This document shows positions 42,293 to 50,484 of a DNA stretch of 50,484 bases, piece by piece. A program made the position numbers and the translations under genes. Each line of letters starts with the position of its first letter. Positions within the stretch are counted from its first letter, which is position 1. The notes beneath the pieces are model-generated. The model did no database searches. It saw nothing but the letters and a program-made list of their open reading frames with translations, and was not told where the DNA came from. The stretch comes from an uncultured archaeon (GTDB lineage: Archaea; Aenigmatarchaeota; Aenigmatarchaeia; QMZP01; JAFGSV01): NCBI GenBank assembly GCA_964616715.1, contig CAZTRL010000003.1, forward strand, positions 1-50,484, in the 5' to 3' direction.

Positions 42293-44539
42293 GTGTACAC
42301 GGCAAGTCTCTTCGAGGCTGACGGCCGCCCAGAGCTTGGGTTCAAGGCCTCAGCCGTCTCTGGTCTGAAGAAGGCGGGTATTCCCGTGACCTCGGGGTTC
42401 GTGATAACTCCCAAGGCGCTCGAATCGTTCATCTCCGTAAACGGAATAAGGTCCAAGGTCAGGCAGTTCCACGAGAACGTGGACAGGAGCCCCTCCGGCC
42501 TGAGGAAGGCCGAGGAGGGCATAAAGGACCTCTTCCTGAACTCCGTGATACCAGGAGAGGCAAGGAGCGCCATCCTTGCATCTTACGGGGAGCTCTCGGT
42601 CTCCGGGGACATACGGAAGGCAGAGGCCGCGTTCAGCTTCATAAAGGCTGGAAGGGACCACGCGCTCGTGGCCGTCAGGCCCTCAGTCGTGAGGGAGGAG
42701 AAGGACAGCTTCGCTGGCGTCCTCGAAAGCTTCGTTAACGTCTCCGGCGAGGACGATGTGCTCAAGCATGTCAAGCTCTGCTGGGCGTCGCTCTTCTATC
42801 CGAGCACCTCAATGTACACGGAGGGGAGGGGCACCGGAACCCTGGATATGTCAGTGATAGTCCAGAAGATGGCAATCTCCGAGAAGAGCGGCACTGTGGC
42901 GACGGGGTTCGGCGGCGACAAGGTGCTCGTCGAGGCAACCTGGGGACTCGGGAAGGCCGCAAGCTCGGGGCTGGTGACCCCGGACGAGTACCTGCTGGAC
43001 TCCGGCGGAAGGCTCATCGAGAAGAACATATCGAAGAAACTGTGGATGCTTGAGAGGAACGACATGACGGGAGTCACGTCAAAGGTCCATGTCCCGGGCA
43101 GCAGGATGGACGCGCAGGTCCTCTCGGACGCGGAGCTGAGGAAGCTTTTCGAGCTCGGGAGGAGGGTGGCCGGCGCCTTCCAGGGACAGCAGGTCATGGA
43201 CTGGTGCATAGGAAGGAACAGGGTCATAATAACCGATGTAAAGCCCGGAAACTGCGACATAACACCCGTCCGCGAGGAACACCCGAGCGGGGACATACTC
43301 GTCACGGGGAGGTTCGTCTCCCGCGGGACGGCAACAGGGACTGTGAAGACCATAGGGCCATCTGGAGGCGCATTCGGGCCGGATGACATAGTTGTCATGG
43401 AAAGCTCGTCTATAGGCAACCTCATATCAGTTAAGGATGCCTCCGGGGTGATAGTCGACGAGGGCGGCAGGATGTCCAACTTCGGCATCCTGGCGAGGGA
43501 GATGGGAATTCCCGCGATTGCGGGAACGCACAAGGCAACGTCGGTCTTGAGGCTCGGCGAGCGCATAACCATGGTAACGGAGCTCGGGAAGGTCATGGCA
43601 GCCCAGGAGCCCGTCAATGAGCCGCCGGAAGGTGCCGGCCTTGAAGGCGCCATGCAGGATTCATACCAGCCCCAACATATCCAGGAGGACGCGTACGGAA
43701 GCCAGGGACAGGAGCCGCCGCAGCCGGATGAGATGCCGATGCCTTTCATCCAGGAGGGAGCAAACGAGCAGCCGACAGAAACTGAAACGCGTGCAGGGGC
43801 TGCGGTACCCGGTGAAGTGAGGCTCTTCGTGAGGGCGGGGCCGGATCTTATAGGCAGGGTGGCCCAGGCGGAGGGATACGTCATATACAACCTCCAGCCG
43901 GACCCGTCTTTGATGGGAGGGCCCGCAGCGCAGGAGACGCGCCCCGTATGGGCTTCCTGCACGGGGGAATCGGACTTCCAGTGGGCATCCGGCATAGCCA
44001 GGAGGGCGAACGATGCCGGGAACGCCGAGTCGGGTGTTCTCGTGCCTGTAGTCAGGGGAAGGGACGACCTCGAGAAGTTCAGGTACGGCGTGCCTGCCGG
44101 CGCGGGGCTCGGGCTGTCCATCAGGACACCGGCAATGCTGCACTCTGCGGAGAGCATAATAGCAGATGGTGTCGGCATGGTCAACATAGAGCTGGGGCCG
44201 CTGGCGCAGCTCTACACGGGCCTGCAGAAGCCCGACCAGGAGATAGGCGAGTCCCTCCTCGGCATGATAGGGAAGGCTGCTGAGATATGCGCCGGGAAGG
44301 GCATCACCTGCTGCGTGACGCTGGGAAGCCACCACCTGACCGACTGGAACATAGAGTCGCTCCTAAGGAAGGGAGTAGGCACGCTGTGCGTCGATGCCAG
44401 GTCGGCCGAGAACGTCAGGGCAGCTCTCGGAAGGATAAGGGATAAGATGTCTCCCGCAGGAGGCGAAGAGCCCGGAGCCGGCAAGGATGACGACGCACCG
44501 TTCCCCTTCGACTTCAGTCCGCCTTTTTCTTCTTCTTAG
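42293..44539 (+). CDS. PEP synthase / pyruvate phosphate dikinase-like protein (ATP-grasp N-domain plus swivel domain) with the catalytic His replaced by Asn and a divergent C-terminal domain
   Basis: 748 aa with a GTG start. N-domain blocks are LVAVRPSVVREEKDSFAGVLESFVNV and VEATWGLGKAASSGLVTPDEY. The swivel motif reads GGRMSNFGILAREMGIPAIAG, against the canonical GGxTSHAAIxARExGIPAV. Confidence 0.8.
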   Translation: MYTASLFEADGRPELGFKASAVSGLKKAGIPVTSGFVITPKALESFISVNGIRSKVRQFHENVDRSPSGLRKAEEGIKDLFLNSVIPGEARSAILASYGELSVSGDIRKAEAAFSFIKAGRDHALVAVRPSVVREEKDSFAGVLESFVNVSGEDDVLKHVKLCWASLFYPSTSMYTEGRGTGTLDMSVIVQKMAISEKSGTVATGFGGDKVLVEATWGLGKAASSGLVTPDEYLLDSGGRLIEKNISKKLWMLERNDMTGVTSKVHVPGSRMDAQVLSDAELRKLFELGRRVAGAFQGQQVMDWCIGRNRVIITDVKPGNCDITPVREEHPSGDILVTGRFVSRGTATGTVKTIGPSGGAFGPDDIVVMESSSIGNLISVKDASGVIVDEGGRMSNFGILAREMGIPAIAGTHKATSVLRLGERITMVTELGKVMAAQEPVNEPPEGAGLEGAMQDSYQPQHIQEDAYGSQGQEPPQPDEMPMPFIQEGANEQPTETETRAGAAVPGEVRLFVRAGPDLIGRVAQAEGYVIYNLQPDPSLMGGPAAQETRPVWASCTGESDFQWASGIARRANDAGNAESGVLVPVVRGRDDLEKFRYGVPAGAGLGLSIRTPAMLHSAESIIADGVGMVNIELGPLAQLYTGLQKPDQEIGESLLGMIGKAAEICAGKGITCCVTLGSHHLTDWNIESLLRKGVGTLCVDARSAENVRAALGRIRDKMSPAGGEEPGAGKDDDAPFPFDFSPPFSSS

Positions 44540-45692
44540 AGGCCTTGAGCTTCCTCTCGTATGCAGCTACCCATTTGGCCGTCTTCTCCGCGTCCGCGTA
44601 GGTGTTGCCGACGCCGGAGGTGTTGCCGACGCCTACTATGACGACCTTGTCGCCCTTCTTTGTGAGTGAGATGCTCCTTGAGACGCAGTCCATCACGGTA
44701 TCGTATGACTTTATCATGCTCATGCGAAGCGGCATTATGGCCTCCTCGGAGGACATCTTGACCACTATGCTGTCCATCGGTATGCCGCCCTTCACGACCG
44801 CGTCCTCTATGTAGCTCCTCTCGACTCCCGGGCCGCCCATCGCGATTCCGACGCCCTCCGCGACGGATCCGGTCTTCTCTCCCTCGAGCTTGGCAGCCGC
44901 GTCTATCGTTATTATGCGGGCTATCTTGTGATTCTTCATGACCTTCTCCACGGCCTTCCCTGGATAGCCGATCCTGCCGCCGGGGCCCTTCGCCTTTAGG
45001 AGGAATGCCTGCCTGCCGTCTATCCTCTTGGAGGCCATGACGACGCCCTCCTCTATCTCGGTCAGCTTCTCCTTTTCTATCATCTTGGCCACCATCCACG
45101 GCCCTATGGCGTCGCCTATGGGCTCGCCCCTGGAGAGGGCGCCGGTCCCCTCGTATAGGGACTTTGCTATCCTCTCTATTATCGGCAGCTGCATCTGTAT
45201 TATCATCGCGAGCTGGTAGGACTTGGTCTTCTTTATGGTCTCCACGAAGTGCCTGACTATCTTCGCAAGCATGTAGAGCTCTATGCCGCCGGACACGCCC
45301 ATCTGGATGTTGGCCTTCTTCTCCTCGTCCGCCTCGGGGGCCACCTGGTCCGCGAAGTACTTGAACTTCTCCTTCTCGTTTCTTATGAGGTGGTCCAGCT
45401 TCTTCACGACCCCGTAGGGGTCCAGGCTCACGGGCTCTATCATGTAGAACTCGAAGAACCTGTCGACGCTCTCCCTCACCTTCTTCGAGGGGTTCCTGCC
45501 TATTGACTCCAGCACGAGCTTCCTGGACTTGGCCGACATCACCTCGAGCCTCACCGCACTGCTCTCGAGCTTGCCCACCATCTGGAAGAGCATTATCCTC
45601 GGATAGAACATGAAGAATACCATGAAGAATATGAGCCAGACTAGCCATGACACTATGTCTCCGCCTTGCCCGATGAGCTGGTCGAGGTACAT
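44514..45692 (-). CDS. Conserved archaeal membrane-anchored protein of unknown function (resembles DUF1512; family name from memory)
   Basis: 392 aa. It has an N-terminal TM segment (VSWLVWLIFFMVFFMFY), a coiled middle region, a C-terminal GVGNTSGVGNTY duplication and a KKKKKAD tail. It has a 26-nt convergent overlap with the PpsA-like gene. Confidence 0.6.
   Translation of the reverse strand: MYLDQLIGQGGDIVSWLVWLIFFMVFFMFYPRIMLFQMVGKLESSAVRLEVMSAKSRKLVLESIGRNPSKKVRESVDRFFEFYMIEPVSLDPYGVVKKLDHLIRNEKEKFKYFADQVAPEADEEKKANIQMGVSGGIELYMLAKIVRHFVETIKKTKSYQLAMIIQMQLPIIERIAKSLYEGTGALSRGEPIGDAIGPWMVAKMIEKEKLTEIEEGVVMASKRIDGRQAFLLKAKGPGGRIGYPGKAVEKVMKNHKIARIITIDAAAKLEGEKTGSVAEGVGIAMGGPGVERSYIEDAVVKGGIPMDSIVVKMSSEEAIMPLRMSMIKSYDTVMDCVSRSISLTKKGDKVVIVGVGNTSGVGNTYADAEKTAKWVAAYERKLKASKKKKKAD
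44601..44636. repeat. In-frame 18-bp tandem duplication (15/18 identical; perfect 15-mer ggtgttgccgacgcc twice)
   Basis: The copies are at 44601-44615 and 44619-44633. They encode GVGNTS-GVGNTY on the minus strand. Confidence 0.9.
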
Positions 45693-45791
45693 GGAATCAC
45701 CCAGAATGCTATTTTATGTTGTCGAGGTAGAATATATATTAACCCCAAACAAGTTTAAATTTGGAGAGACAATTGTTAAGTAGTGACTTCT

Positions 45792-46367
45792 ATGTTGCTT
45801 AAGGGACTCCTGGAGTGGAAGATTCTGGCCGCGGTGTTTGCGATACTAATAGTGGCGTCGTCGGCACTCGTGAGCAACAGCGGCATAAAGGACTTCTTCC
45901 TCAATTCGACGGGGGACTTGGGGGACTGGATGGGGGATTCGCCGTTCGGTTCCATCTTCGCCACGCCGGAGAAGGAAGGCACGGCCGTGACCATAACGCT
46001 CATGGCCGACATGCTTGAGCTGGAGATGGAGGTGCCGGTGAACGTGACGTCCGGGGACACCGTGATAAGGAACTTCAAGGGGCCCATAACCTTCGATTTC
46101 GCCAACAACAGGACATCCTTCGTCCTTTCGGGGAGCGACTTCTCATTCGACACGGGGCTCGGCGACACCACAGTAAGGGACGTCAGGATAACCAAGCTCA
46201 TCCTCGATGACATGGACTTCGTCGTCGAAAGTGAGAAGACGAACATAACGGGGACCGGGGACACGATAGAGATATACGACTTCGAGGGAGACATCACTGC
46301 CGGAAGGTACCTGGAGCTGAGGGGCAATGTTTCAAGTGTCAAGGACGGCAAGTGGTCCATAAGCTGA
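45792..46367 (+). CDS. Hypothetical N-terminally anchored/secreted beta-rich protein
   Basis: The track start 45783 is GTG and the ATG is at 45792. MLLKGLLEWKILAAVFAILIVASSALV is the hydrophobic anchor. It contains several N-x-S/T sequons and has no recognisable family. Confidence 0.6.
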   Translation: MLLKGLLEWKILAAVFAILIVASSALVSNSGIKDFFLNSTGDLGDWMGDSPFGSIFATPEKEGTAVTITLMADMLELEMEVPVNVTSGDTVIRNFKGPITFDFANNRTSFVLSGSDFSFDTGLGDTTVRDVRITKLILDDMDFVVESEKTNITGTGDTIEIYDFEGDITAGRYLELRGNVSSVKDGKWSIS

Positions 46368-46369
46368 GC

Positions 46370-46588
46370 TCACTGGCGATAGTTCCTAAGCACCTTCTGC
46401 AGGAAGTTCCTCTCAAAGCCGCGTATGCCAACATTGCACCCTATCCCGCTTGACTTTAGGTAAGCGAGAGCACCGCCCATCTCATGGTATAGCTTGTCCT
46501 TGTCCTGCAGGCCGGGATTCCTGCGCCTCAGGGTGCCGTCTATGTAGAAATCGATTATGCCGCCGGGGTCTTCTTCAGAACCCGTCAT
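46370..46588 (-). CDS. Small hypothetical protein (72 aa)
   Basis: It fills an otherwise empty gap. Its codon usage (agg, ata, aag) matches neighbouring genes. I recognised no motif. Confidence 0.45.
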   Translation of the reverse strand: MTGSEEDPGGIIDFYIDGTLRRRNPGLQDKDKLYHEMGGALAYLKSSGIGCNVGIRGFERNFLQKVLRNYRQ

Positions 46589-46618
46589 ACATTGTATTGT
46601 CCGGGCCTATAGTAAAGC

Positions 46619-48442
46619 TTACGCTTCGTCTCCATGCTTCTTCCTGGCGCTGTCCGCCGTGAGCTCCACTACCTTGGCGTATGCAGGTCTCGTGACCAGT
46701 ATGCCGACGAGTATTCCTATGACAGTCGTTATCACGAAGCCCCTTATGAAGACGCCAGCGGCGAGGAAGAGGAGCGGCATCAGGGCCGATATGGTCGTCG
46801 CGGCTGCCGTGAATATTATGAAGAATGCCTTGCCTATCTTCTCCTTGAGGCTGTAGAGCTTCTTGGACACCCGCCTCCCGCTGAGTGTCTCGTCCGCGAT
46901 GACCACCATCTGGTCTACGCCGACGCCTATGGCGGCTATTATGCCGCCTATCGCCGGGAGGTCTATGTTCCAGCTCATCAGGCCGAGTAGCGGTATCAGC
47001 ACGGCGCCTATCCATGCGGATGCATCGGACTCCCGGAGCTTCCACCAAGCGAGGCCTATTATGATCAGGTTCACCACAAGTACCGTTCCCCATATGCCTG
47101 CGTCATAGGCGCCGGAGGCCGATATGCCTAGTATTATGATGGCTTCTGAGAATCCCGTCATCACGAGGGGTATGCCTATCTTGAAGCTCCGGTAGCGCAC
47201 GAATATTATGAGCACCACGACCACGCCGGCCGCGAGCGCCGCCATGAGGGCCGACTGGATGAAGTTGGAACCGAGCGTGGGGGATATTATGGATATGGAA
47301 GAGGTCTCCATGGTCACCGGAAGGGAGCCCGACCTGAGTATGGTCTGCAGCTTCATCTTCTCTTCTAGCGCCTCCTCCCTCGTGTCCCTGCCGCCGTCTA
47401 TCTGGGGAGTCGCGTACGCCTGGCCGCCGAGCGAGGACGATATGCGCAGGCTGGACTGCAGCTCGTTGTCCAGGTACAGGTATATCATGCAGTCCTTGAG
47501 GTAGTAGTCCCCGCTGTCCAGGTCCAGCTGGCTCGGTACGCCTGAGGTCACCTTGGCGAACCTCTGGGCGCCATCGCTTGAGACCAGTATGGTGAAGTAG
47601 AACCTGTAGGAGCTTCCCGCCGGCACCAGCCCGGAGTGCTGCGGGTCCGTGTATATAAGCTCTATGTCGTCGCCGCTGTAGACGCTTCCGAGGAGGATGA
47701 CCTCGTTCGATGTCACGTTGGCCACCTCGAAGTTTATGTCGTCAAGCACGAAGCTGTTGTTCTCGGGCACCCTCTTGCCGTCGACGGTTATGGTGCCGTT
47801 TGACACGGTCATGCCGTAGCTGTCGTCTCCCAGCACTATCTGTCCCGTGCCTCCGCTCAGCTCCACCGGCTTCGATATCTTGGCCTCGAAAGATCCCTTT
47901 GACGAGAGAAGCTGGTCTACGACCTCGGAGCTCAGCCCCGTGGCCTCTATCTGCACGTACCATCCGTCGGGGGACTCGATCGGGAAGAACTTTATCTCCT
48001 TCAGCCCGTATATGTTCATCCTCGTCTGCAACGTCCCTATGACCTGCTCTATAACGGACTTCGTGGCGTTCTCCTTCGGCTTGAGCGTTATCCTCGTCCC
48101 TCCCCTCAGGTCGAGGCCGAACTCAAGGTTCAGCCTCTCGACAGGCTGCACCTCTATGCCGAGGCTGCCGTTGACAGCGAAATCATGGGGCACGCCGTCA
48201 GCGACTATCTCTACGGGGCCGCTCGTCAGCCCCTCCGTGGCGCTGTTCCAGTCGTCCAGAGTCGATACTGCATGGTCGTTGACCTGGGTTATAATGGATC
48301 CCTGTTGTATCACGCCGAAGGCGGGGGAATCGCTAGTCACGTAGACCGTCTCGACCCCGTATCTCTTGTCGGTGAAGCCTATGGCGAAGACTGCCCCCAA
48401 GACCACCACGAAGAGCAGCAGGAGTCTCCAGTACTTGAGCAT
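46619..48442 (-). CDS. secD: Protein-export membrane protein SecD
   Basis: 607 aa. It has the GLDLRGGTRI motif after TM1, a large periplasmic-type domain and a C-terminal 5-TM bundle. Its start abuts the secF stop (TAGATG). Confidence 0.85.
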   Translation of the reverse strand: MLKYWRLLLLFVVVLGAVFAIGFTDKRYGVETVYVTSDSPAFGVIQQGSIITQVNDHAVSTLDDWNSATEGLTSGPVEIVADGVPHDFAVNGSLGIEVQPVERLNLEFGLDLRGGTRITLKPKENATKSVIEQVIGTLQTRMNIYGLKEIKFFPIESPDGWYVQIEATGLSSEVVDQLLSSKGSFEAKISKPVELSGGTGQIVLGDDSYGMTVSNGTITVDGKRVPENNSFVLDDINFEVANVTSNEVILLGSVYSGDDIELIYTDPQHSGLVPAGSSYRFYFTILVSSDGAQRFAKVTSGVPSQLDLDSGDYYLKDCMIYLYLDNELQSSLRISSSLGGQAYATPQIDGGRDTREEALEEKMKLQTILRSGSLPVTMETSSISIISPTLGSNFIQSALMAALAAGVVVVLIIFVRYRSFKIGIPLVMTGFSEAIIILGISASGAYDAGIWGTVLVVNLIIIGLAWWKLRESDASAWIGAVLIPLLGLMSWNIDLPAIGGIIAAIGVGVDQMVVIADETLSGRRVSKKLYSLKEKIGKAFFIIFTAAATTISALMPLLFLAAGVFIRGFVITTVIGILVGILVTRPAYAKVVELTADSARKKHGDEA

Positions 48443-49336
48443 CTAACCAATCCCCCTCGCTTCGCAGTACCACCTGAGTATGACCGAGTTGAAGAGCCAT
48501 GTGTTGGCTATGTCTATCGTGAGCCCTATGAATATCACGGAGGCTATGTCGATCAGGACATCGGGAAGCGGCATTATGAGTATGGCTATCATGGCACCTA
48601 TGCTTGTCAGTGACATGGTCAGGCCGGTCTTGAGCGCGCCCGTTATCTTCTCGCCCATTGAAAGCCCATGCTCCTTCTCGCGGAGGAGCCTGCTGGTGAG
48701 CATTATGTCCGTGTCCACGGAGTATCCTATGAGCATGAGTATGGCACCGAGGGATGCAAGGGAGAACTCTATGCCGAAGACCTGCATCAGCGCCAGTGTG
48801 ACCACTATGTCGGATGCGGCCGACATTATTATGGCGAACGATGGCACGAACGTCCTGAATACTATGAAGGCTATGATGCCCATCATTATGAACGCTACTA
48901 TTATCCCTGTCTGTGCCTGGGACCAGAACACGGAACTGAGCGCGGAGCCTATGTTTTCGACTGAGAAGTCTATGACGTCTATCCCGCTCTGGTTGAGGCG
49001 CTCTATGACCTTGTTGTAGTCTATCTCAGCGCCTACCTGGATGGAGGCGCCCTGTGTCCCGAAACCCCTTAGGCTCCTGACGGCGACGGAGCCGAAATCC
49101 GTCCCTAGCGCGTTCTGTATTGCCTGTACCTGCACGTCAGTGCTCGTCTTTATGTTGATGAGTGTGCCGCCGCGGAGCTCTATGCTCCTGTCGAAGAAGT
49201 CGCCAGTTGTCACGTACTTGTTGACCAACAGGCCTACCGACATCACGAGGAGCACCACCGGTATAATGGCTAGCACCCTGTAGTCTATCTGTCTTCCGAG
49301 GACGCTTATCTTGTAGTCGGGCTTCATGTCAACCAT
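48443..49336 (-). CDS. secF: Protein-export membrane protein SecF
   Basis: In-frame ATG 49336 gives MVDMKPDYKISVLGRQIDYRVLAIIPVVLLV. SIELRGGTLI and a C-terminal TM bundle with GYSVDTDIM follow. The track extension to 49525 overlaps the divergent GGR gene. Confidence 0.85.
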   Translation of the reverse strand: MVDMKPDYKISVLGRQIDYRVLAIIPVVLLVMSVGLLVNKYVTTGDFFDRSIELRGGTLINIKTSTDVQVQAIQNALGTDFGSVAVRSLRGFGTQGASIQVGAEIDYNKVIERLNQSGIDVIDFSVENIGSALSSVFWSQAQTGIIVAFIMMGIIAFIVFRTFVPSFAIIMSAASDIVVTLALMQVFGIEFSLASLGAILMLIGYSVDTDIMLTSRLLREKEHGLSMGEKITGALKTGLTMSLTSIGAMIAILIMPLPDVLIDIASVIFIGLTIDIANTWLFNSVILRWYCEARGIG

Positions 49337-49407
49337 CGTCTGCTGTGTTGCCGTGTGGAGATAATTGTTTTTTGTATATTTTAAGATGGCGCCTTTTATT
49401 AAGTAGT

Positions 49408-50466
49408 ATGTACGACCTGGCGGTAATCGGGGCCGGTCCGGTGGGGTCGTTCCTTGCGTCGCGTTGCGCTTCTGGAATGGAAGTCCTCGTTCTAGAGGAG
49501 GATGAATCGGCAGGCTCAAAGGCATGCTCGGGTCTCGTCTCGGAACGCTTCATGGACATGCTGCCCCGCGAAGTGAGGAATGCCGAGGGCCTTGTCCAGC
49601 ACAGGGTGAGGGGAGCGGACGTGCATTTCATGGGAAAGGCTCTGGGCTTCAGGAAGAGCGGCACGGCGGCGTATGTACTGGACCGGGGGATGCTCGACAT
49701 GCTCATGGCGCGCCACGCGGTGTCCTGCGGCGCGCAGGTGAGGTACGGAGAGCGTGTTCTCGGCGCGAGGGAGAAGCCCGACTGCGTCGCGCTGAGGACC
49801 CAGAAGCACGAGTTCATGGCCGGGACCGCGGCTGGCTGCGACGGGGCCAGGTCCGTCGTGGCGGCAGCCATGGGAGCCGCGCCGGCGGAAGTGGTCAACG
49901 GCCTGATACTCTACGAGGAAAAGGAGGCTCGCGGGGACAGCGTGGGCATGTGGTTCGACAAGAGCCTCGTGAAGGATGGGTTCTTCTGGAAGATACCGAG
50001 GGGCGCCACGACTGAATACGGGTGCATGGGAAAAGGGCTTGGCTTCGGCATGCTCTCCAAGTTCTTCGGCCTGCAAGGAGTGGAGGGGCTCCGGAGGGAT
50101 GCCGCGCCAATACCGCTGGGCCCGCCGGAGAGGACTGTCTCGGAAAAGATGCTCCTGGTGGGTGATGCGGCCGCCCAGACCAAGCCATGGTCAGGAGGCG
50201 GGCTGGCCTATGGGTTCATAGCGGCAGGATGCGCCCGGGAAGCTCTCCTGAAGGGGGATGGTCTCGGCTCTTACGAGGCTTCATGGAGGAAAATCCTCAT
50301 GAAGGACATACATGGGGGGTTGATGCTCAGGGAGTTCTACAGGGACCTGGACCTGGATGGGCTCTCATCGGTGATCGACAGGCTCGAGAGCGCGGGTAGC
50401 CGTGGGGAGGGCATAGACTTCGACTTTCCCCTTTCCAGCATTGCGGGTGGGTTGCCTGATGTATGA
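49408..50466 (+). CDS. Geranylgeranyl reductase family FAD-dependent oxidoreductase
   Basis: In-frame ATG 49408 gives MYDLAVIGAGPVGSFLASRCA (a GxGxxG FAD motif). LLVGDAAAQTKPWSGGGLAYG is the GGR signature. Confidence 0.85.
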   Translation: MYDLAVIGAGPVGSFLASRCASGMEVLVLEEDESAGSKACSGLVSERFMDMLPREVRNAEGLVQHRVRGADVHFMGKALGFRKSGTAAYVLDRGMLDMLMARHAVSCGAQVRYGERVLGAREKPDCVALRTQKHEFMAGTAAGCDGARSVVAAAMGAAPAEVVNGLILYEEKEARGDSVGMWFDKSLVKDGFFWKIPRGATTEYGCMGKGLGFGMLSKFFGLQGVEGLRRDAAPIPLGPPERTVSEKMLLVGDAAAQTKPWSGGGLAYGFIAAGCAREALLKGDGLGSYEASWRKILMKDIHGGLMLREFYRDLDLDGLSSVIDRLESAGSRGEGIDFDFPLSSIAGGLPDV

Positions 50467-50484
50467 GATGGGCTTGGATATAGA

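Noticed and set aside
44536-45648. A 370-aa ORF on the same strand as the DUF1512-like gene, in another frame
   Set aside because: It is extremely R/G/E/D/H-rich and low in complexity (RGGRGEEGQ.., RRRQHLRRRQHLRGRGEDG). This is typical of an off-frame reading of a purine-rich (AAG/GAG/AGG) coding strand. The 44514-45692 frame gives a TM segment and normal protein composition.
45792-45875. An N-terminus MLLKG/LLEWKILAAVFAILIVA that looks like a class III (type IV pilin-like) signal peptide
   Set aside because: The K-G is followed by L-L-E-W, and the +3/+4 residues (E, W) do not fit the small/hydrophobic pattern used for archaeal prepilin peptidase substrates. No pilus assembly genes (ATPase, PilC-like or PibD/FlaK) are nearby. 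I treat it as a plain signal anchor.
1-50484. A window-wide search for CRISPR arrays, rRNA/tRNA genes, transposases, integrases, terminal inverted repeats, toxin-antitoxin pairs and known defence-system genes
   Set aside because: None was found by eye. Every spacer is 162 bp or shorter, no regularly spaced repeats are present, and every sizeable ORF is assigned to housekeeping or glycan functions or is a shadow ORF. The island therefore shows no sequence evidence of mobility within this window.

Overview
This is a dense archaeal chromosomal segment, about 96% coding by my gene calls, with 47 CDS. The archaeal assignment rests on RpoL/Rpo11, TFS, a Sec11-type signal peptidase, ribosomal protein L10e, SecD/SecF and a geranylgeranyl reductase. 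I cannot assign a lineage by eye. I saw no rRNA, tRNA, CRISPR array, transposase, integrase or recognisable defence genes.

The left edge (3-3164, minus strand) is the 5' part of a very large secreted protein. Asn is its dominant residue, and it has roughly one N-x-S/T sequon per 12 residues.

Between the core genes rpoL/sec11/tfs (3.3-4.5 kb) and rpl10e (41.7 kb) lies a run of about 37 kb and 35 genes (4502-41576). Almost all of it is sugar activation and glycan or lipid-linked glycan assembly:
- 3 GT4, 4 GT2 and 3 GT-C (ArnT/PMT-like) membrane transferases
- 2 UPF0104 flippase-like proteins and 1 Wzx-type flippase
- 3 extended SDR epimerase/dehydratases
- 3 sugar-1-P nucleotidyltransferase-fold proteins
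- 2 UDP-sugar 6-dehydrogenases
- a WbpB/WbpD/WbpE-like oxidoreductase/acetyltransferase/aminotransferase triad
- 4 stand-alone SAM methyltransferases
- 2 paralogous B12-binding radical SAM enzymes and 1 SPASM/twitch-type radical SAM enzyme
- a CDP-alcohol phosphatidyltransferase

No STT3/AglB oligosaccharyltransferase is present in the window.

Items most worth follow-up:
1. The hyper-sequon surface protein next to the island.
2. Gtr/Arn-like modules (polyprenyl-P-sugar synthase, flippase-like protein, GT-C) present in multiple copies.
3. A translationally coupled CDP-alcohol transferase / methyltransferase / B12-rSAM trio.
4. A nitroreductase-methyltransferase fusion.
5. A ribbon-helix-helix domain fused to a degenerate nucleotidyltransferase domain. 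It lies between the two UDP-sugar dehydrogenase genes and is followed by a perfect 20-bp palindrome.
6. A PEP-synthase-like protein whose catalytic phospho-histidine is replaced by Asn.

All family calls come from motifs read by eye. No database search was run.
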